Below are positions 56,866 to 60,463 of a DNA stretch of 60,463 nucleotides, one piece after another. This DNA comes from Clostridia bacterium. Its GTDB lineage: Bacteria > Bacillota > Clostridia > Oscillospirales > Acutalibacteraceae. Where the stretch lies: NCBI GenBank assembly GCA_024404015.1, contig JAKSQQ010000001.1, positions 1 through 60,463 on the forward strand. Reading direction: 5' to 3'. The notes beneath the pieces are model-generated. The model was not told the DNA's origin. It saw only the letters and a program-made list of their open reading frames with translations, and searched no databases. The position numbers and the translations under genes were made by a program. Within the stretch, counting starts at the first letter, position 1. The number at the start of each line of letters is the position of its first letter.

Positions 56866-59800
56866 TTGGCTAATACATCAGGTAAAAAGAGCGGGGGTTC
56901 ACAGACAAAGAAGCCCTCACAGAGCAGGAATTCTTCTCCGGCTAAGAAGAATACCGCCCCGGCAAATCAGAAGACAACGGCTGTTGCCTCAGGCAACGGT
57001 CAGGTTACTGCTATCGTGCTTGTTGCGGTTGCCCTCTTTATGCTTGCAATAGTGTTTATTGAGGGAGAAAACGTCTGGACTTATATGCATAACGGAATGT
57101 TCGGTATTTTCGGAATTTCCGCTTATATCATTCCCATTCTGCTTATTTATATGGGTGTAATCTACGCCAAGGGTAAGCCCCTGGGCGGCGCGGCTCTCAA
57201 TGTGGCAAGTGCAGGGGGTTTTGTTCTCTTTCTCTCATCGGTAATTCATCTTTTTGCTTATGATTCCGATATTATTTCCGATAAATCCGTACCCGACCAG
57301 ATTACCGAGGTATGGCAGAATGCCATAGAGCAGGGCGGAAAGGCAGACGGCGTACTGGGTGCCATAGTAGGCGGATTATTCGGCAAGCTTTTCGGCAAAA
57401 CAGGTGCCCTCGTTACCCTTATTCTCCTTGCGATTGTCGCGGTTTTACTGCTTACGGGTATCACCCTTCCCGTACTTTTCTCCTATATCAAAAAGCCCGT
57501 CAGAGCAATCGGTGACGAAGCAGGCAAACGCTTTGAGGAATCTGCGATTCGCCGTGAGGAAGCAAGAGCCGAAAGGGAACGTCTTCTTGCCGAAAAAGCG
57601 GAACAGGAACGTATTGAGCAGGAAAAAGCCGAGGAAGAAAAGAAAAAGAAACTTCCCGAACAGATTGAAAAGAAACCCAAGCCCGGTGTGTTCACCTCGG
57701 GCGGAGACGTATTTGTAAAAGAACCCGGCTTTGACGAGAATTACGATTCTCCTCTTTCAGAGCCCGAAATGCCCAAGATTCCTCTGCATTCCCTTCCCGC
57801 CTCATTACCGGGTATTCCCACTCTTGACGGTACACCCGCAACTGCTGCGGCGGCAGCTCTTCATTCTCCTCTTCCCGGTGAGACTGTCATAGCTTCCAAA
57901 GTAGCCGAAAAAGCGGCGGAAGCCGTTGACGAAGCCGTCACGGAAGCTGTATCTGAAATCCGTACAGAGGATGAAATTACGGAGAAAAAACCCGAAGAAA
58001 AGCCCATTAAGAAAAGAATCAGAAGACCCTCTGTTGATATTCAGGTTGAGGATAAATCGGAGTCCCTTCCCGAGGTTAAGAGGGATTATGTCCTCCCCTC
58101 AATTGATTGCCTTGATTTGCCCGCAAAGACCTCCTTCTCAAACGTTGAAGCGGAAATGCTCATGGGTAAAAATAAATTGCTTGAAACCCTTGACAGCTTT
58201 AAGATTAAGGCAAGCGTGACGGATATTGTCAGAGGTCCCTCCGTTACCAGATACGAGCTTATGCCCGATGCAGGTGTCCGTATCAGTAAGATTACCTCCC
58301 TCGCCGATGATATCGCCCTTCACCTTGCGGCACAGAGTGTCCGTATTGAAGCACCTATTCCCGGCAAAGCCGCTATCGGTATTGAAATTCCCAATGACGC
58401 AAAATCCATGGTTTCAATGCGTGAAATCATTGACACGGATACATTCAGAGCAGGCAGTCAGAAGAGTAAGCTGAATGTTGCTCTCGGTAAGGATATTACC
58501 GGTAACGTTATATGTGCCGACCTTACCAAAATGCCTCACCTTCTTGTTGCGGGTACTACCGGCTCAGGTAAATCCGTATGCATGAATACCATGATAATCA
58601 GCATTCTCTATAATGCGTCACCCGATGACGTTAAGCTGGTTATGATTGACCCCAAGCAGGTTGAATTTACCATTTACAACGGCATTGCCCATCTTGACGT
58701 TCCCGTAGTTACCGATGCCAGAAAGGCGGCAGGTGCTTTGGGCTGGGCTGTCAGTGAAATGGAAAAGAGATACAGGATATTCTCCGAAAACCAGGTCAGA
58801 GATATCAAGGGTTACAATAAAAAAGCCAATTCAAGCGATGAATTACAGAAGATGCATCATATCGTCATCTTCATTGACGAGCTTTCAGACCTTATGATGG
58901 TAGCTCCCAAAGAGGTTGAGGATTCCATTTGCCGACTTGCTCAGATGGCACGTGCGGCAGGTATTCACCTTGTAATCGCCACTCAGAGCCCCCGTGCTGA
59001 TATTATTACGGGACTTATCAAAGCAAATATTCCTTCAAGAATTGCACTTAAGGTTTCCAACGGTATGGAATCAAGAATTATCATGGACCAGGGCGGAGCC
59101 GAAAAGCTTCTGGGTAACGGCGATATGCTGTTCCTGCCCGTAGGCACTTCAAAGCCCGTGAGAATCCAGGGCTGTTACATCTCCGATGAAGAAGTTGAAA
59201 CCGTTGTAGACCATATCAAGAAGTATGCAACCGCAAGCTACAATGACGAAACCATGAAGGAAATTGAAGCCAAGGCCGCCGCTGCCGCAAACGCAGACAA
59301 GAAGGGCGGATATGATGACGAGGGTGACGAGGATGATCCTCTTGATCCCATGTTCAATCAGGCAGCCGAGGTTGTCATTCAGGCAGGTCAGGCATCCACT
59401 ACAATGCTTCAGAAGAAGCTGAAGCTCGGTTATGCAAGAGCATCCAGAGTAATGGATCAGCTTGAGGATAACGGCATCGTAGGCCCCGCCCAGGGTGCAA
59501 AGCCCAGAGAAATCCTTGTTTCCATGCAGGATTGGTATGAGAGGCAGGCACTTGCCACCAGCGGCATAGCAAAGCCCCGTGACGATCAGATGAGTTTCTC
59601 CGACCTTTCACCCGTTTCCGCTCCCGTATCGGAAGAATACGAGGAGGAATACGAGGAAGAAACGGAAGAGCTTGAAGACGATTACGAAGAAGCGGAAGAA
59701 GAAAGCGGCGGTTTTGAGGATATCTACTCCGATTCATCCTACGATAAGGCTGATGATGAAGAAAATGAACCCGATGAGGTCGACGATTTTTCCGATATTT

Positions 59801-60084
59801 ATGAGGACGGGGAAGAGGACGACACGCCTCCCTTTGACCTTGATGACGAAACAGATGAAGACGATGAGCCCGAAGAAATATCAATAGATATTGACGAACC
59901 CGATGAGGTTGACGATTTTTCCGATATCTATGACGATGAGGAAGAAGACGACGAAACAGATGCTGAAATCGAAGATGAGGATGACGATAATCTTGACGAC
60001 GATTTCATAGACAGACCCATAAGCGTGGATGATATTTTTGCAGACGATAACGATTCACGCGGATTTGACGATTTATTTGACTGA
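56866..60084 (+). CDS. ftsK: DNA translocase FtsK/SpoIIIE with a long acidic C-terminal extension
   Basis: N-terminal TMs, GPSVTRYE, HLLVAGTTGSGKS, IDELSDLM, GAEKLLGNGDMLF, gamma domain LQKKLKLGYARASR; probable TTG start behind GGAG (exact start uncertain). Confidence 0.96.
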   Translation: MANTSGKKSGGSQTKKPSQSRNSSPAKKNTAPANQKTTAVASGNGQVTAIVLVAVALFMLAIVFIEGENVWTYMHNGMFGIFGISAYIIPILLIYMGVIYAKGKPLGGAALNVASAGGFVLFLSSVIHLFAYDSDIISDKSVPDQITEVWQNAIEQGGKADGVLGAIVGGLFGKLFGKTGALVTLILLAIVAVLLLTGITLPVLFSYIKKPVRAIGDEAGKRFEESAIRREEARAERERLLAEKAEQERIEQEKAEEEKKKKLPEQIEKKPKPGVFTSGGDVFVKEPGFDENYDSPLSEPEMPKIPLHSLPASLPGIPTLDGTPATAAAAALHSPLPGETVIASKVAEKAAEAVDEAVTEAVSEIRTEDEITEKKPEEKPIKKRIRRPSVDIQVEDKSESLPEVKRDYVLPSIDCLDLPAKTSFSNVEAEMLMGKNKLLETLDSFKIKASVTDIVRGPSVTRYELMPDAGVRISKITSLADDIALHLAAQSVRIEAPIPGKAAIGIEIPNDAKSMVSMREIIDTDTFRAGSQKSKLNVALGKDITGNVICADLTKMPHLLVAGTTGSGKSVCMNTMIISILYNASPDDVKLVMIDPKQVEFTIYNGIAHLDVPVVTDARKAAGALGWAVSEMEKRYRIFSENQVRDIKGYNKKANSSDELQKMHHIVIFIDELSDLMMVAPKEVEDSICRLAQMARAAGIHLVIATQSPRADIITGLIKANIPSRIALKVSNGMESRIIMDQGGAEKLLGNGDMLFLPVGTSKPVRIQGCYISDEEVETVVDHIKKYATASYNDETMKEIEAKAAAAANADKKGGYDDEGDEDDPLDPMFNQAAEVVIQAGQASTTMLQKKLKLGYARASRVMDQLEDNGIVGPAQGAKPREILVSMQDWYERQALATSGIAKPRDDQMSFSDLSPVSAPVSEEYEEEYEEETEELEDDYEEAEEESGGFEDIYSDSSYDKADDEENEPDEVDDFSDIYEDGEEDDTPPFDLDDETDEDDEPEEISIDIDEPDEVDDFSDIYDDEEEDDETDAEIEDEDDDNLDDDFIDRPISVDDIFADDNDSRGFDDLFD
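59767..59933 (+). repeat. 38-nt direct repeat in the ftsK tail (EPDEVDDFSDIY twice)
   Basis: 59767-59804 and 59896-59933 match at 36 of 38 nt, 129 nt apart. Confidence 0.9.
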
Positions 60085-60090
60085 TAATTT

Positions 60091-60463
60091 ATGAGCTTTT
60101 TACCCGTTACAAAACAGGATATGCTTGACAGAGGATGGGATGAGGTTGACTTTGTGTTCGTCACCGGCGACGCCTATGTTGACCACCCCTCATTCGGACC
60201 TGCCATAATCACCAGAGTGCTTGAAAACGAAGGATTCCGTGTTGCCGTGCTTCCCCAGCCGGATTGGAAAAATCTTGACGATTTCAAACGCTTCGGCAGA
60301 CCTCGTCTCGCATTTCTCGTCAGCAGCGGAAATATTGACTCAATGGTGGCTCACTATACCGTTGCCAAGAAGCCCAGAAGCACCGATTCTTACAGCCCCG
60401 GAGGAAAAACCGGTCTGAGACCCGACAGAGCGGTTATTGTATACTGCAATAAAATCCGTGAAG
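60091..60463 (+). CDS. ygiQ: YgiQ/UPF0313 radical SAM protein, truncated by the window end; absent from the ORF track
   Basis: [36 protein letters not shown]...QPDW...[11 protein letters not shown]...YSPGG...RPDRA. Confidence 0.92.
   Translation, partial: MSFLPVTKQDMLDRGWDEVDFVFVTGDAYVDHPSFGPAIITRVLENEGFRVAVLPQPDWKNLDDFKRFGRPRLAFLVSSGNIDSMVAHYTVAKKPRSTDSYSPGGKTGLRPDRAVIVYCNKIRE

Noticed and set aside
59767-59933. 38-nt direct repeat as a possible CRISPR remnant or att site
   Set aside because: Only two copies, in frame within ftsK, differing at synonymous positions; no cas or integrase gene nearby.

Overview
A gene-dense core-genome window from a Firmicute; gene content and order suggest Clostridia, probably Oscillospiraceae/Ruminococcaceae-like (inference). 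In order: a partial tRNA-His; a reduced minus-strand dcw cluster (mraZ-rsmH-ftsL-PBP-murE-murF-ftsW-murG-ftsQ-ftsZ, without ftsA, mraY or murD); rpsT; an unannotated 52-aa membrane protein with an atypical ACP; nagA; an orphan BlaI-family regulator with a DUF2804-like gene; a PHP protein; a 660-aa fusion of a degenerate ECF-sigma-like domain, a TM helix, WG repeats and an SH3b domain; a T-box-led alaS-hit-PRTase-comEC-holA-rnmV-ispF run; cdaA-cdaR; a long plus-strand run from a lipoprotein and two-component system through prmC, scpAB, rluB, gmk, rpoZ, priA, def, fmt, rsmB, rlmN, Stp/PknB and rsgA; a GlpA-like three-gene oxidoreductase cluster; a sirtuin; FtsK with a long acidic tail; and the start of a YgiQ-family radical SAM gene. 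No CRISPR, mobile element or rRNA was seen. The best candidate for an undescribed system is the membrane-anchored sigma-like/WG/SH3 protein at 17297-19279. All family calls come from motif recognition by eye, not database searches.
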